Positions 38,032 through 47,423 of a stretch of DNA of 64,000 nt are shown piece by piece. The translations under genes and the position numbers were made by a program. Positions within the stretch are counted from its first letter, which is position 1; the number at the start of each line of letters is the position of its first letter. The stretch lies in assembly GCA_021785655.1 (NCBI GenBank), contig JAJYET010000007.1, positions 8,267 through 72,266 on the forward strand, in the 5' to 3' direction. The DNA comes from a bacterium. GTDB taxonomy: Bacteria > Chloroflexota > Dormibacteria > Aeolococcales > Bog-877. A model generated the notes under the pieces. The model was given only the letters and a program-made list of their open reading frames with translations, did not search any database and had not been told where the DNA came from.

Positions 38032-41000
38032 TCACTGCCACCAGCCCACCACGTCCACCACCAGGTCGGCAGAGCCCTGGGGGATGTAGAAGTCCAGGGC
38101 TCCGTCCGAGCCCAGGGTGGCTGTCACCCCCACCGCCACCGTCTCGCCCGCCGACCAGTTGAGGTCGGAGGAGAGCGGTAGCGGGGCAAGGTCGGGGAAA
38201 ACGGTGAGGAACCCGGGCGCCGTGGTGTCGGTGATGGTCACGTTGAGGACGACCGAGGTGGCGCTGGAGGGTATCCCGCCCACTCCCGCCACCAGAAGAC
38301 GCAGCGGCGAGCCGCCCTGAAGGGTTGCTCCGGTGCAGGCATCCTGGAGCTGGGAGATCGCGGTGGACCGGGTGTCGCAGATCCGGTAGGGCACCATCGG
38401 GGTGAAGTAGACGGCGTTGGCCGGTGGCGGCAAGGCGGGGAGGTAGTAGCCGGACACGTCGACCACCACGTCCGCCCGGCCGGCATCGTTGTAGATCTCC
38501 AGCTGACCCAGGGTGGCCCCGGAGGTCGGGACCGCCACCACCACGTTGTTGGCGACCGTCTGTCCCGCCTGCCAGTTGAGGTTGGAGGCGATCGGCTGGG
38601 GGGCCGTGGCCGGCCAGACGCTGAGGAACGACGGCTGGGTGGTGTCGGTGGCGGTCACCGTGAGGTTCACCGCCACCGCACCGGCGGGCGGCAGCGGGCC
38701 GCCCGGGGCGGGCGCGGTGCCCGCCGCGGTCACGGTCAGGGTGGAGTTGGGGCCCAGGGTCTGCCCGGTGCACTGGTTGAGCGGCTGGAAGCCGGCTCTG
38801 GTGTCACAGATCCGGTAGGGGGTGACTGGGACGTAGACAGTCCCGGAGGTGGCGGTGGAGTCCATCCACCCCTCCACGTCTATGACCACGTCGGCCTGCC
38901 CTTGGTCGTTGTACACGCTCACGGCCCCGGTCGGCCCCAGGTCGACGGTGACCAGGTTGGCCACCGTCTGCCCCGCCTGCCAGTTGAGGCTGGAGGAGAG
39001 CGGCGGTGGCCCCCCTGCGGGCCAGACGGTGAGGTAGCTGGGAGCGGTGGTGTCGGTGGCGGTCACGTTCAGGACCGCCGAGGTGGCGCCCGGAGGCACC
39101 CCGCCCGAGGTGGCGCCGCTCGGATTGGTGCCGGCGATCTGGACGGTGAGGCTGCTCCCCGCGCCGAGTGTCTGACCCTGGCACTGGGTCAGGTTCACCC
39201 CGCTCAGCTGGGACGGGTTGCCGGCCCGGGTGTCGCACACCCGATAGGGGGTGACCGGGTCGTAGGTGGCCGGCGCCGGTGCGCCGGGGACCGCCGGGGC
39301 GGAGATGGGAGAAGGCGGACTCGTCCCCCGGGAGTTGGTCCCCACCACGGAGAAGGTGTAGGAGGTCCCGTTGGTGAGCCCGGTCAGGGTGTACTGGGGA
39401 TACACCGAGTGGATGTCGACGGGCGGCTGGGGCACCCCGTTGGCGTACGGGGTGATGACGTAGTCGGTGGTGGCCGAGACGTCCTGGTTGGCCGGCATCG
39501 CCCAGCTGAGGCTGACCGCGGAGGGCTCGGCAAGGCCGAAGGGCTGGCCCGGGGGCTGGGGCGCCTGGGCCCCGAAGGTGTAGGTCTGGACGTCGAAGGC
39601 CTGGCCCGCGGCGTTGATCGGGGTCACCGTCACCTGGTCCCCCGCCACCGTCACCTTGAGGAAGTTGAACACCTGGGCCTCACTGGTGGGCACCGGCACC
39701 GAGGTGGCCACCCCCTGGCTCACCCCGCAGCTGGAGCCCACCCCCGGGAGGGTGGTCGGGTCCCAGCCCAGGGCGTACAGGGAGGTGATCCCCTGGACGT
39801 TGGCGCTGCAGCTGACGGCCGAGGGGATCCCCCCTCCCCCACCGGTGACGTAGCTGATCAGCTGGCCGGGACCCGAGGGGTCGATGCGCTGATAGGTGTG
39901 GGCGTGGGCGTTGAAGGCGATGTAGACCCCGTTGTCGGAAAGCAGCGCCTCCAGGCTGCTCTGGGCGGGATTGGGGTTCAAAGAGCTGTTCTGCAGGTAG
40001 GTGTCGGACGGCTGGCCGGAGTTGTCCGAGCGCAGGGGGTAGAAGAAGACGGCCATCTTGATGCCCCCGGGGTGGGCGGCCAGATCCTGCTTCAGCCAGG
40101 CGTACTCCGCCGAGTTCTGCTGCCAGCGCTGCAGGTAATCCATCTGGTAGGGCCCACCCGGGGCCGTTCCGGCGTTGCCGTAGGGCCAGGCCGCCTGGAG
40201 CACGTAGAGCCGGACGTTGCCCGATTGGACGGCGTACCAGTCGGTGGGATAGGTGGCCTGGAGGCTGCCCGTGATGCTTGGGTAGGTGACCGGGGCGGAG
40301 ACGCCCCCGCTGGCCTGGGCGGTCTGGGATTCCGGCCAGATGCGGAGCGGGTCCTCGGTGACCATGCCGTGGTCGCCCGCGGTGTAGTAGACCGGGATCC
40401 CCCCGGTCTGGGGCCAGTACGAGGGACCGAAGAAGTTGCTCACCTCGGGGTCGGCCGTCGTGGCCCCCTGGAGCAGGTCCCCGTAGCGGTTGTTGGTGTC
40501 CGAGGGGTAGCCGACGTCCCCGGCCAGGACCACGAACCTGGCGCCCGACTGGCCGATCAGCTTGTCGATCGCCGCCTGGTAGGGGTTGGTGAAGTTGGCG
40601 TAGGGGGTGGTGGCGTTGGCCAGGTTCTCCCCGGTGTCGCCCATGACGTCGAAGGTGAGGGGCGCGGTCGAGGAGTTGTTGGGGGGGTTGAGGGTGGTGA
40701 AGGTCTGGTCCGGGTTCGACCCCAGGAGGTCGACCGGGGTCTTGTAGATCCCGACGTAGGTGTACCCGAAGGGACGGTAGCAGTAGGTGGTGCCGGGGGC
40801 GAGCCCGGTCAGCACCACCGTCGACTGGTACTCGGTCCGGGCTACCGTCCCGGTCTGGACCTTGAACTCCAGCGAGGTCACTGTCGGCAGGGTGTTCTGG
40901 GCCGGCACCGATCGCGGGAGGGAGTTCGGCACGCTCGTCTGGTACCGGCCGCAGGCTCCCTCGGGCCCCCACTGCAGGTAGCCGAGGAGGTTGGGGGTGC

Positions 41001-41283
41001 CGGCGGGGGAGGGCATCGTCGCCCAGGAGATGTCGACCGAGTTGTCGGTCAGGTCGGAGGCGTAGGGGGCGCGGGTGAGCATCCGGTTGTAGTTCCCGAA
41101 CGGCGTCACCGGTACCGGACCTCCCTGGGCGGAAACTGGAGGCAGCAGAAGTGCCGTGGCAGCGACCCCGGCCAGCAGGACGAGCCCGGCCAGCGACGCC
41201 GCTCTCACTCGGAGCCAGCTTGACCTATTGGGCACCAACCTCACCGGGCGCAACCAACTCCGGAGCCTCATGCGGAGCGACAT
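38032..41283 (-). CDS. Large secreted metallophosphoesterase (purple-acid-phosphatase-like) with an FN3 domain and three C-terminal repeats
   Basis: ATG 41283 has GAGGAGG 10 nt upstream, followed by a signal peptide (...LLLPPVSAQG). Metallophosphatase motifs GDTGEN, AGDVGY, AGDHG, NAHAHTY. An FN3-like segment (SLSWAMP...YTFSVVGTN) precedes 3 tandem repeats of about 130 aa. Confidence 0.8.
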   Translation of the reverse strand: MSLRMRLRSWLRPVRLVPNRSSWLRVRAASLAGLVLLAGVAATALLLPPVSAQGGPVPVTPFGNYNRMLTRAPYASDLTDNSVDISWATMPSPAGTPNLLGYLQWGPEGACGRYQTSVPNSLPRSVPAQNTLPTVTSLEFKVQTGTVARTEYQSTVVLTGLAPGTTYCYRPFGYTYVGIYKTPVDLLGSNPDQTFTTLNPPNNSSTAPLTFDVMGDTGENLANATTPYANFTNPYQAAIDKLIGQSGARFVVLAGDVGYPSDTNNRYGDLLQGATTADPEVSNFFGPSYWPQTGGIPVYYTAGDHGMVTEDPLRIWPESQTAQASGGVSAPVTYPSITGSLQATYPTDWYAVQSGNVRLYVLQAAWPYGNAGTAPGGPYQMDYLQRWQQNSAEYAWLKQDLAAHPGGIKMAVFFYPLRSDNSGQPSDTYLQNSSLNPNPAQSSLEALLSDNGVYIAFNAHAHTYQRIDPSGPGQLISYVTGGGGGIPSAVSCSANVQGITSLYALGWDPTTLPGVGSSCGVSQGVATSVPVPTSEAQVFNFLKVTVAGDQVTVTPINAAGQAFDVQTYTFGAQAPQPPGQPFGLAEPSAVSLSWAMPANQDVSATTDYVITPYANGVPQPPVDIHSVYPQYTLTGLTNGTSYTFSVVGTNSRGTSPPSPISAPAVPGAPAPATYDPVTPYRVCDTRAGNPSQLSGVNLTQCQGQTLGAGSSLTVQIAGTNPSGATSGGVPPGATSAVLNVTATDTTAPSYLTVWPAGGPPPLSSSLNWQAGQTVANLVTVDLGPTGAVSVYNDQGQADVVIDVEGWMDSTATSGTVYVPVTPYRICDTRAGFQPLNQCTGQTLGPNSTLTVTAAGTAPAPGGPLPPAGAVAVNLTVTATDTTQPSFLSVWPATAPQPIASNLNWQAGQTVANNVVVAVPTSGATLGQLEIYNDAGRADVVVDVSGYYLPALPPPANAVYFTPMVPYRICDTRSTAISQLQDACTGATLQGGSPLRLLVAGVGGIPSSATSVVLNVTITDTTAPGFLTVFPDLAPLPLSSDLNWSAGETVAVGVTATLGSDGALDFYIPQGSADLVVDVVGWWQ
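38035..39264 (-). repeat. Three tandem protein-level repeats of about 125-135 aa (38863-39264, 38443-38838, 38035-38409)
   Basis: Each unit has the same layout: P-Y-R-[IV]-C-D-T-R, then a conserved second Cys ([QA]C[QT]G), then L-N-[VL]-T...T-D-T-T-x-P-x-[FY]-L-[TS]-V-[WF]-P, then N-W-x-A-G-[QE]-T-V-A, ending D-[VL]-V-[VI]-D-V-x-G-[WY]. Confidence 0.8.
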
Positions 41284-41354
41284 CCGTCCCGGACCTCCTC
41301 TGTGGCCACGGCTTTCGAACCCCTGGCGAGCGGACCCCAAGTCGCGGCTGGTGA

Positions 41355-42704
41355 TCACAGCGAGGTGGCCCCCCGGGCCCGCAGGTCACCCGCGAATAGC
41401 CAGGCTACGAGCCGCCTCCGGCCCGGCCCCAGGGCCAGCAGCCCCCCAGCGATGAGCAGCAGCAGCAGGACGCCGCCCACCAGGTCGAGGATGGTCAGCA
41501 GCGGAACCGGCACCACCGTGGGCCCCGAGACTCGGAAGTTGAGTCCCGGACCGAATCCGCCACCCTTCACCTTGAGGGAGTACCGCCCCCGGGGGAGGGT
41601 GAGTGTCAGGGGCCCGCGTCCCGGCAGATGCACCAGGCGGGAGGTGGAGCCCGGCCCGTGGAGCAGCACCGTCGCCGGCACCTGGGCGCCGAGCACCGTG
41701 TTGCGGCTCACCAGGCTCACCGGGTAGATGTCCAGGCCCACCTTCCACACCCCGCCCGGACCGGGAGAGAACCGGTCCTTCCCCTGATTGGCCACGTCCA
41801 CCCCCTGGTACGTGGCGCTGACGACGGTGTAGGTGTCGGCACCGACCGCGAGCTGCCCAGTGGGGGAGCGTCGCGGGGCGGGGGTCGGCAGCCACGCCTG
41901 GCCGCCGCTCCCCACCTCGACCTTGGTCCCGTCGGGGCCGGCCAGGGCCACCCCCTGGACCTGGGAGGGTGGGATGGGGAGGCCGGCGGCGGTGGTGAAC
42001 TTGATGGGAGTCAGGTAGGAGACCTGGAGGGCGATCTGGGTGTAGGCATGGGAGCGATCCGACATCACCCGGGTGGTGGCGGTGTCGCCGTTGGACCAGG
42101 AGACGAAGGAGACCCGGACGTTGGAGCTGGGGTTCTGCACCTCCGCCACCAGGGTCACCCGCCCGCCCTTGGGCAGGGGCTCGTTGATGAAACCGTCGGA
42201 GTTGGGGCTCACCGGGGCCGCTCCGTCGATGCTGACCGCGATCGAGTGGGGGACGTAGGGGACCACGCGGATGCTGAGTGGCGCCGCCACCACGGTGATG
42301 CTCTGAGAGGCGGTGGCGGACTCGATCGGCCCGCCACCCTTGTAGGTGGCGAGGAGGGTCCAGGTGCCCACCGGCAGCGCCTTGCGCAGATTGGTGGCCC
42401 CGTGGCCGACCGAGTTGGTCTTGGTGGCGCCCAGGTAGATCCCGGCGGCGTAGAAGCGCACCAGGTGGTACCGGACCGGCACCCCGGAGGAGGTGACCAC
42501 CACGGACACCGCGATGGGAGCCCCGCTGGTCACCTTGACCGGGGCGGTGAGCTGGATGTTGACGGGGATGTAGGGGGCGATCTTGTGGGTGGTGGTGGCC
42601 GCCAGGGCCCCGCCACTACCCGCGCCTAGGGCCCCCGCCATCCCGGCGGCCAGGGCCAGCGCCACCAGCCAAGTCCCCCCTCGCCGGCCAGCCAATCCGT
42701 GCAT
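41355..42704 (-). CDS. Secreted, C-terminally membrane-anchored beta-rich protein (hypothetical)
   Basis: ATG 42704 shares its A with the upstream TGA, and GGAGGAG lies 6-7 nt upstream. The 449-aa product has a signal peptide (MHGLAGRRGGTWLVALALAAGMAGALG), Ig-like beta-strand-rich sequence, and a single C-terminal TM (LLTILDLVGGVLLLLLIAGGLLAL). Confidence 0.6.
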   Translation of the reverse strand: MHGLAGRRGGTWLVALALAAGMAGALGAGSGGALAATTTHKIAPYIPVNIQLTAPVKVTSGAPIAVSVVVTSSGVPVRYHLVRFYAAGIYLGATKTNSVGHGATNLRKALPVGTWTLLATYKGGGPIESATASQSITVVAAPLSIRVVPYVPHSIAVSIDGAAPVSPNSDGFINEPLPKGGRVTLVAEVQNPSSNVRVSFVSWSNGDTATTRVMSDRSHAYTQIALQVSYLTPIKFTTAAGLPIPPSQVQGVALAGPDGTKVEVGSGGQAWLPTPAPRRSPTGQLAVGADTYTVVSATYQGVDVANQGKDRFSPGPGGVWKVGLDIYPVSLVSRNTVLGAQVPATVLLHGPGSTSRLVHLPGRGPLTLTLPRGRYSLKVKGGGFGPGLNFRVSGPTVVPVPLLTILDLVGGVLLLLLIAGGLLALGPGRRRLVAWLFAGDLRARGATSL

Positions 42705-44044
42705 CACGCTCTCCTCCGCAGCAGGGGGGCCGGCCCGGCCCCCCGTCCCCACACCGCATATATCACCAGAACCAGAATCAGGAGGCCGGGGATCGTGTAG
42801 GCGATGAACACCTGGACCACCGACCCGTGGGAGGCGACGGACGCCGGCAGGGTCCCCATCGGGACCGGGGAGGGAGCCCTGGCCGCCCCCTCGAGGTCGA
42901 ATGCCCCCAGCAGGCTGCCGGAGCTGGCCTCGCGGCTGGTGAGGGCCGGGAGCCCGTACACCGCCTCGATGAATTGGAGGATCGACCCGAAGTCGGTGGT
43001 CTGGGAGAAGATCGTTCCCGGGCGCACGAACGGAGACACGATGAGCAGAGGCACCCGGAAGCCGTCGCTGACCCCCCCCACCGTCGGGGGCACGACCCCG
43101 TCGTACCAACCGCCCCAGTCTGACCAGGTGAGCAGGATCGCCGAGGAGCCCCAGTACCGGCTGCGCATGACGGCGTTGATCAGCCCGACGGTGGCCACCT
43201 GCCCCTGGGCGATATTGCCCGGAGCCCGCTCGGTCGCCCCGGGCTGAACCACATAGCTGACCGCCGGGAGGTGGCCGTAGACCAGGTCGGAGTAGAGGCC
43301 GGTCAGGTCCTGGACCCGGGCCAGGTCCCCTGGATTGCCGGCAATGTTGGCGAGCCCGAGCACCGGGACCTGGGGCACCAGGCTGGATTGCCGGCTCTGG
43401 GCAAGGTGGGTGCGGTACTGGGCCACGAAGTACCCCCAGGAGACGCCCTTGGAGTCGAGCTGGTTGAAGATGGTGGGCACGTTGGGCAGGGCCGCTCCGG
43501 CCGCTGCCGGGGTCCAGGTCTGGCCCGCGACCAGGTACTGATGGTTGGGGATGCTGCCCCCGAGGTCGGAGGAGAAGAAATGGTCCGCCAGGGCGAACCG
43601 GCGCGCCAGGGCCCAGTAGTAAGGGATCCCCTGGGCGTTGTAGTAGCCCAGCGCCAGCTGCCCCGCCCCGGGCAGGCCCTGTTGGGCGGCGGCGAAGCCG
43701 TTCATCCGCCCGGAGTTGAGCGCCACCCCCGCCGCTCGGGCGGAGTTGTCCAGGGGCGAGGTTCGCACCTGGGTGAGGTGGTGGGCCGCCACCGTGCCGG
43801 CGGCGGGGTTGGTGAGGCTGGCCGGGACGGCGGTCTTGGGCCCCAGCCCCGCCGCCCCTGGATAGGTCCCGAAGTAGTTGTCGAAGGAGTGCCCCTCCTG
43901 GACGATCACGAAGACGTGCTTGATCCTGTCCAGACCGGGCGCCGCGAGCGGACGCGACGGCGTACCGGCGGAGGCCAGGACCGGGGTGGCGAGGACCCAG
44001 GGCAGCACGCCCACGAGGGCCAGAGCGCGCACCGCCGGTCTCAC
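42704..44044 (-). CDS. Secreted phosphoesterase of the phospholipase C / AcpA acid-phosphatase family
   Basis: GTG 44044 overlaps the upstream stop (GTGA). A signal peptide is followed by the hallmark IKHVFVIVQEGHSFDNYFGTYPG and then NHQYLVAGQ. The long track ORF 42704..45304 is an out-of-frame run through the upstream gene. Confidence 0.8.
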   Translation of the reverse strand: MRPAVRALALVGVLPWVLATPVLASAGTPSRPLAAPGLDRIKHVFVIVQEGHSFDNYFGTYPGAAGLGPKTAVPASLTNPAAGTVAAHHLTQVRTSPLDNSARAAGVALNSGRMNGFAAAQQGLPGAGQLALGYYNAQGIPYYWALARRFALADHFFSSDLGGSIPNHQYLVAGQTWTPAAAGAALPNVPTIFNQLDSKGVSWGYFVAQYRTHLAQSRQSSLVPQVPVLGLANIAGNPGDLARVQDLTGLYSDLVYGHLPAVSYVVQPGATERAPGNIAQGQVATVGLINAVMRSRYWGSSAILLTWSDWGGWYDGVVPPTVGGVSDGFRVPLLIVSPFVRPGTIFSQTTDFGSILQFIEAVYGLPALTSREASSGSLLGAFDLEGAARAPSPVPMGTLPASVASHGSVVQVFIAYTIPGLLILVLVIYAVWGRGAGPAPLLRRRA

Positions 44045-45669
44045 GGCTCGACCTCGTAGATCAGCACCTCGGCGTCGTGGCGACTCCGGGGGGTGCCCGG
44101 CTTGTCGTACTGGTAGACCAGGACCCCCTGGAACTTCTTGGCCAGAGCCAGCAGCCGCTCGGCGAAGTGGGAGCTGCGGTCTGCGGAGTAGGCGTCGTAG
44201 ACCAGGTACTGGACGGCCCCACTGCGGAGCAAGAGGTCGGCGTTGGTGACCGGCGCGTAAGCCGGGTTGCGGTGCAGGGGGTTGGGGCTGACGCTCAGGG
44301 CCAGCGCCCTGTCCAGGCTGTAGAACTGGAGCACGTTGGCGAAGGTTGGCCCGATGGTGAGGAAGACAGACCCCGGCAGCACGTGGCTTCGGACCCAGAG
44401 GGCGGTCGGCCTTCCCGCCTCCAGCCCGCCTGAACCGGCCAGCGCCTTCACCTTGACCGGGGTAGGCTGGCCGCTGTCCGTGCCCACCAGGGCGGCCAAC
44501 CCCGTGGCCGCGGTGGGGGCTCGGTTGAAGACCGGGAGGAAGGCGGAGACCGCGCCCACCGCGACCAGCACCGTCACCCCGATGCCCACCGCCCGGCCAG
44601 CCGCCGCCGACCGCCAGATGCGGCTCACGCCGGCCAGGGCCAGGGCCCCGCAGGTGCGGGCCCCGAAGGCGGCCAGGGCCATGATCGGGGCGGTGGCCGG
44701 GATGAGGTACTCGTATCCCTTGGTGGGCCAGATCTCCAGCAGGCCCACGATGACCAGGCTGGTGAGCAGGAGCAGGATCTCTGGGGAGGTGCGCTTCCAC
44801 AGGGTGGCCAGGGTGCCGACCCCGGCGAGCGCCACGATCCCCCATCCCATCGTCCGGAAGATCCCGGCATAGAAGAGCAGGGAGTGGTTGGCGGGACGGA
44901 GGATCTGCCACACGAGGTAGTCCACGCCGGTGCTCGCCTTGCCCGCGCTGAGCTCGGCCAGGGGGTAGATGATGATCAGGACCAGGTAGATGGCCCCGGC
45001 GATCAGCAAGTCGCGGTAGCGGCGCAGGACGTAGGGGGCGAGGATCAGGAAGAGGAAGACCGGGGGGATTAGCAGGATCGCCGTCTCCTTGGAGAGGAAG
45101 GCGAGCCCGGCGGCCAGCGCGGCCGCCCAGAGGTACACCGGGCGCGAGCGCTTGATGTAGAGGCAGAGGAGGAAGAGGCTGGTGGCAACGAAGAAGGCCT
45201 CCGGGCCGTCCAGAAGCATCTCCCGAGCCACGGACACCGGATACGGAGAGAAGGCCACGAAGAGCATCGCCGCGAGGGCGGCGATGCGCCCCCAGATGGT
45301 CCAAGCCAGCATCCCGGTCATCAGCACCAACAGGACGCCGAAGGCGACGCAGACCTCCCGAGCGCCCGAGCCGGTGACGCCGGTGAAGCGGTAGACGACC
45401 GATACGATCAGCTGGATCAGGAGGGGGTGGGCCCGGAAGATCCCGAAGAGCTGGCTGTAGGCCTTGAACCCCGCGAGGCCGGCCGCCTGTCCGGCGTAGA
45501 CCGCCTCGTCCGAGTTCAGACCGTACTGGTTGAGGTCATGGAGGCGGACCAGGGTGGCCCCGACGAGGATGGCGGCCGCCGCCGCCCCGGTGGCGACGAG
45601 CCAGGGGTCCAAGCGGCCCAACCGGAATCCGCCCCGCCGTTGCGCCTCGGTGTCCGGGGGCCCGTCCAC
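44041..45669 (-). CDS. GT-C glycosyltransferase, PMT_2/ArnT-like (GT39/GT83-type)
   Basis: 542 aa. The first loop motif YGLNSDEAVYAGQA has the acidic DE pair typical of PMT/ArnT enzymes. Multi-pass N-terminal half, with a soluble C-terminal domain of about 150 aa. Confidence 0.7.
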   Translation of the reverse strand: MDGPPDTEAQRRGGFRLGRLDPWLVATGAAAAAILVGATLVRLHDLNQYGLNSDEAVYAGQAAGLAGFKAYSQLFGIFRAHPLLIQLIVSVVYRFTGVTGSGAREVCVAFGVLLVLMTGMLAWTIWGRIAALAAMLFVAFSPYPVSVAREMLLDGPEAFFVATSLFLLCLYIKRSRPVYLWAAALAAGLAFLSKETAILLIPPVFLFLILAPYVLRRYRDLLIAGAIYLVLIIIYPLAELSAGKASTGVDYLVWQILRPANHSLLFYAGIFRTMGWGIVALAGVGTLATLWKRTSPEILLLLTSLVIVGLLEIWPTKGYEYLIPATAPIMALAAFGARTCGALALAGVSRIWRSAAAGRAVGIGVTVLVAVGAVSAFLPVFNRAPTAATGLAALVGTDSGQPTPVKVKALAGSGGLEAGRPTALWVRSHVLPGSVFLTIGPTFANVLQFYSLDRALALSVSPNPLHRNPAYAPVTNADLLLRSGAVQYLVYDAYSADRSSHFAERLLALAKKFQGVLVYQYDKPGTPRSRHDAEVLIYEVEP

Positions 45670-45683
45670 CGGTGACAGGGTGC

Positions 45684-46838
45684 CTACGGCTGGACCTCTT
45701 CCGGCACCGGCAGGCGCCCGGACGGCGCCCGCCGAGCGTCCAACTGGGGACCATCCTGGCGGCCATTCGCGGGGCCCGCGAGATCCGCAGGGGCCACAGC
45801 CGAGCGCACCAGGCTGGGCCAGCTGAAGTCCGCCACCCGCAGCCGCACCACCTCGATCGATGAGAGGGCCTCGGTGAGCACTCGGCGCTCCGCCTCCTGG
45901 ACAGCCGCGAAGTCCAGGCCACCGATCTCCAGCTGGGGGGCCATGGTCTTGAAGGGCGGAAACTCATAGGCGTCGGCGGTGTTGCTGAGCAGCTGCTCCA
46001 CCGCCTCCTCGCGGCCCACCCCCGCAGCCAGGGCGGGAGACCCGCGCTCGATGAGGAACAGCCGCCGCACCTGGACGGTCTGGCCCATCTCCGCCGGGAC
46101 CAGCTGCTGGACCATGTACTTGGGGGGTGGGATCAACGCCTGCACCAGGCTGTTCATGGCCATGATCGGCAGCGGCTTCTCTCCCAGCCACTTCCCCACC
46201 GACCGCCCGCTCCTGGAGTGCAGCCTGCTCTGCACCGAGAGGGCGGCCCTGCGATGCGCCGGGAGGCGGCTTGCCGCCACCGCCTTCAGGGTGTGGGCGC
46301 TGATGGTGAGCGGCTTGGGGAAGCGGCTGGCCGTCCCGTCCGGGCTGATGATGGTCATGTCGTCGGAGAGGAAGGATCCCCGGCACTCTCGGAGAAGCCG
46401 CAGGATGGTCGCGGTCTTGCCGGTGTCAGTCTTGGCCGAGAGCAGGATCCCCTGCCCGAAGAGCGAGACGCAGCCGGCGTGGAGGAGCATCCGCCCACGC
46501 CCGGCGATCACGAACCGCAGCAGCGGCTCGACGATGTTGGTGTAGAGGACATGTGGGGAGTGGGCCAGCAACGGGGTGGCCAGCACCCGCACCGGGGGCC
46601 CCAGCTCGACGTCGAAGTTGGCGGTCACCGCCCCCAGCCTCTCCCGGTAGACGTACGTGGGGAGGGCACGCCGGACCGGAGCGCCGGAGACCACGCGCCG
46701 GCGCTCGATCACCAGGTCGGGCTGATCCACCTCCGGGACGCGAAAGAGCTCGAGCTCGGGGAGTCGGACCGCGGAGCGGATCCGGGCCAGTCCGTCGATG
46801 TCGTAGCTGAGCCGGCGGGCTCTTCCAGAGTCGGTCAC
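45684..46838 (-). CDS. HPr-kinase-C-terminal-like P-loop protein (hypothetical kinase)
   Basis: 384 aa. LLHAGCVSLFGQGILLSAKTDTGKTATILRLL parallels the HprK pattern hG..V...G.GVLI.G.SG.GKS. GTG start has AGGAGGG at the end of gtrA. Confidence 0.4.
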   Translation of the reverse strand: MTDSGRARRLSYDIDGLARIRSAVRLPELELFRVPEVDQPDLVIERRRVVSGAPVRRALPTYVYRERLGAVTANFDVELGPPVRVLATPLLAHSPHVLYTNIVEPLLRFVIAGRGRMLLHAGCVSLFGQGILLSAKTDTGKTATILRLLRECRGSFLSDDMTIISPDGTASRFPKPLTISAHTLKAVAASRLPAHRRAALSVQSRLHSRSGRSVGKWLGEKPLPIMAMNSLVQALIPPPKYMVQQLVPAEMGQTVQVRRLFLIERGSPALAAGVGREEAVEQLLSNTADAYEFPPFKTMAPQLEIGGLDFAAVQEAERRVLTEALSSIEVVRLRVADFSWPSLVRSAVAPADLAGPANGRQDGPQLDARRAPSGRLPVPEEVQP

Positions 46839-46839
46839 A

Positions 46840-47382
46840 TCACCCTCCTGTTGAGACGGTCGGATCGGAGCGCGCCGGACGCCTCCAGATCCATCCGTCG
46901 GCGACCGCGAAGCGGAGCAACAGGAAGACGATGACGGCGATGAAGTTGCTCACCAGATAGTTGACGCCCAGCCCGCTGGTCAGCCCGAAGAGCACGGGCA
47001 GGCGCAGCGCCAGGGAGGTCGTGTTGAGTGCGTCGAAGACGAGGAACCGGACCGGAAGGGCTCGGGCGCCGGGGTCCAGAGCGGCCCGCCGGAAAACCCA
47101 GAGCTCGTTGATTATGAAGGTGGTGACGGTGGAGCCCTGGCTGGAGACCACCGCCGCCAGGAGGTAGTTCCAGTGGGCGAGCGAGACCAGCCCAGCCAGG
47201 ACCGCCTGGTTGACCGCCAACCCGGCGAGCCCCACCAGCCCAAACTGCAGCCCGCGCACCAGCCTCCCCTCCCCCCACCCGCGGACCCGCTCCAGGTGGG
47301 ATGGCGCCACGTATGACGCCGTGGGGCGGGCCGAAGTCCGCACCGGCCTCACCCCAGGCTCGGGGGCCGGCGGGCGGGCCAT
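46840..47382 (-). CDS. GtrA-family membrane protein (putative polyprenol-phosphate-sugar flippase)
   Basis: About 180 aa with 4 TM. The segment LVRGLQFGLVGLAGLAVNQAVL...FIINELWVFRR is the GtrA-like signature. ATG 47382 is chosen because the track start at 47505 overlaps the upstream GT2 gene. Confidence 0.75.
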   Translation of the reverse strand: MARPPAPEPGVRPVRTSARPTASYVAPSHLERVRGWGEGRLVRGLQFGLVGLAGLAVNQAVLAGLVSLAHWNYLLAAVVSSQGSTVTTFIINELWVFRRAALDPGARALPVRFLVFDALNTTSLALRLPVLFGLTSGLGVNYLVSNFIAVIVFLLLRFAVADGWIWRRPARSDPTVSTGG

Positions 47383-47423
47383 GGCCGCGATCCAGGTCAG
47401 CTCCTGCGGGAGCTCCTCGGCGC

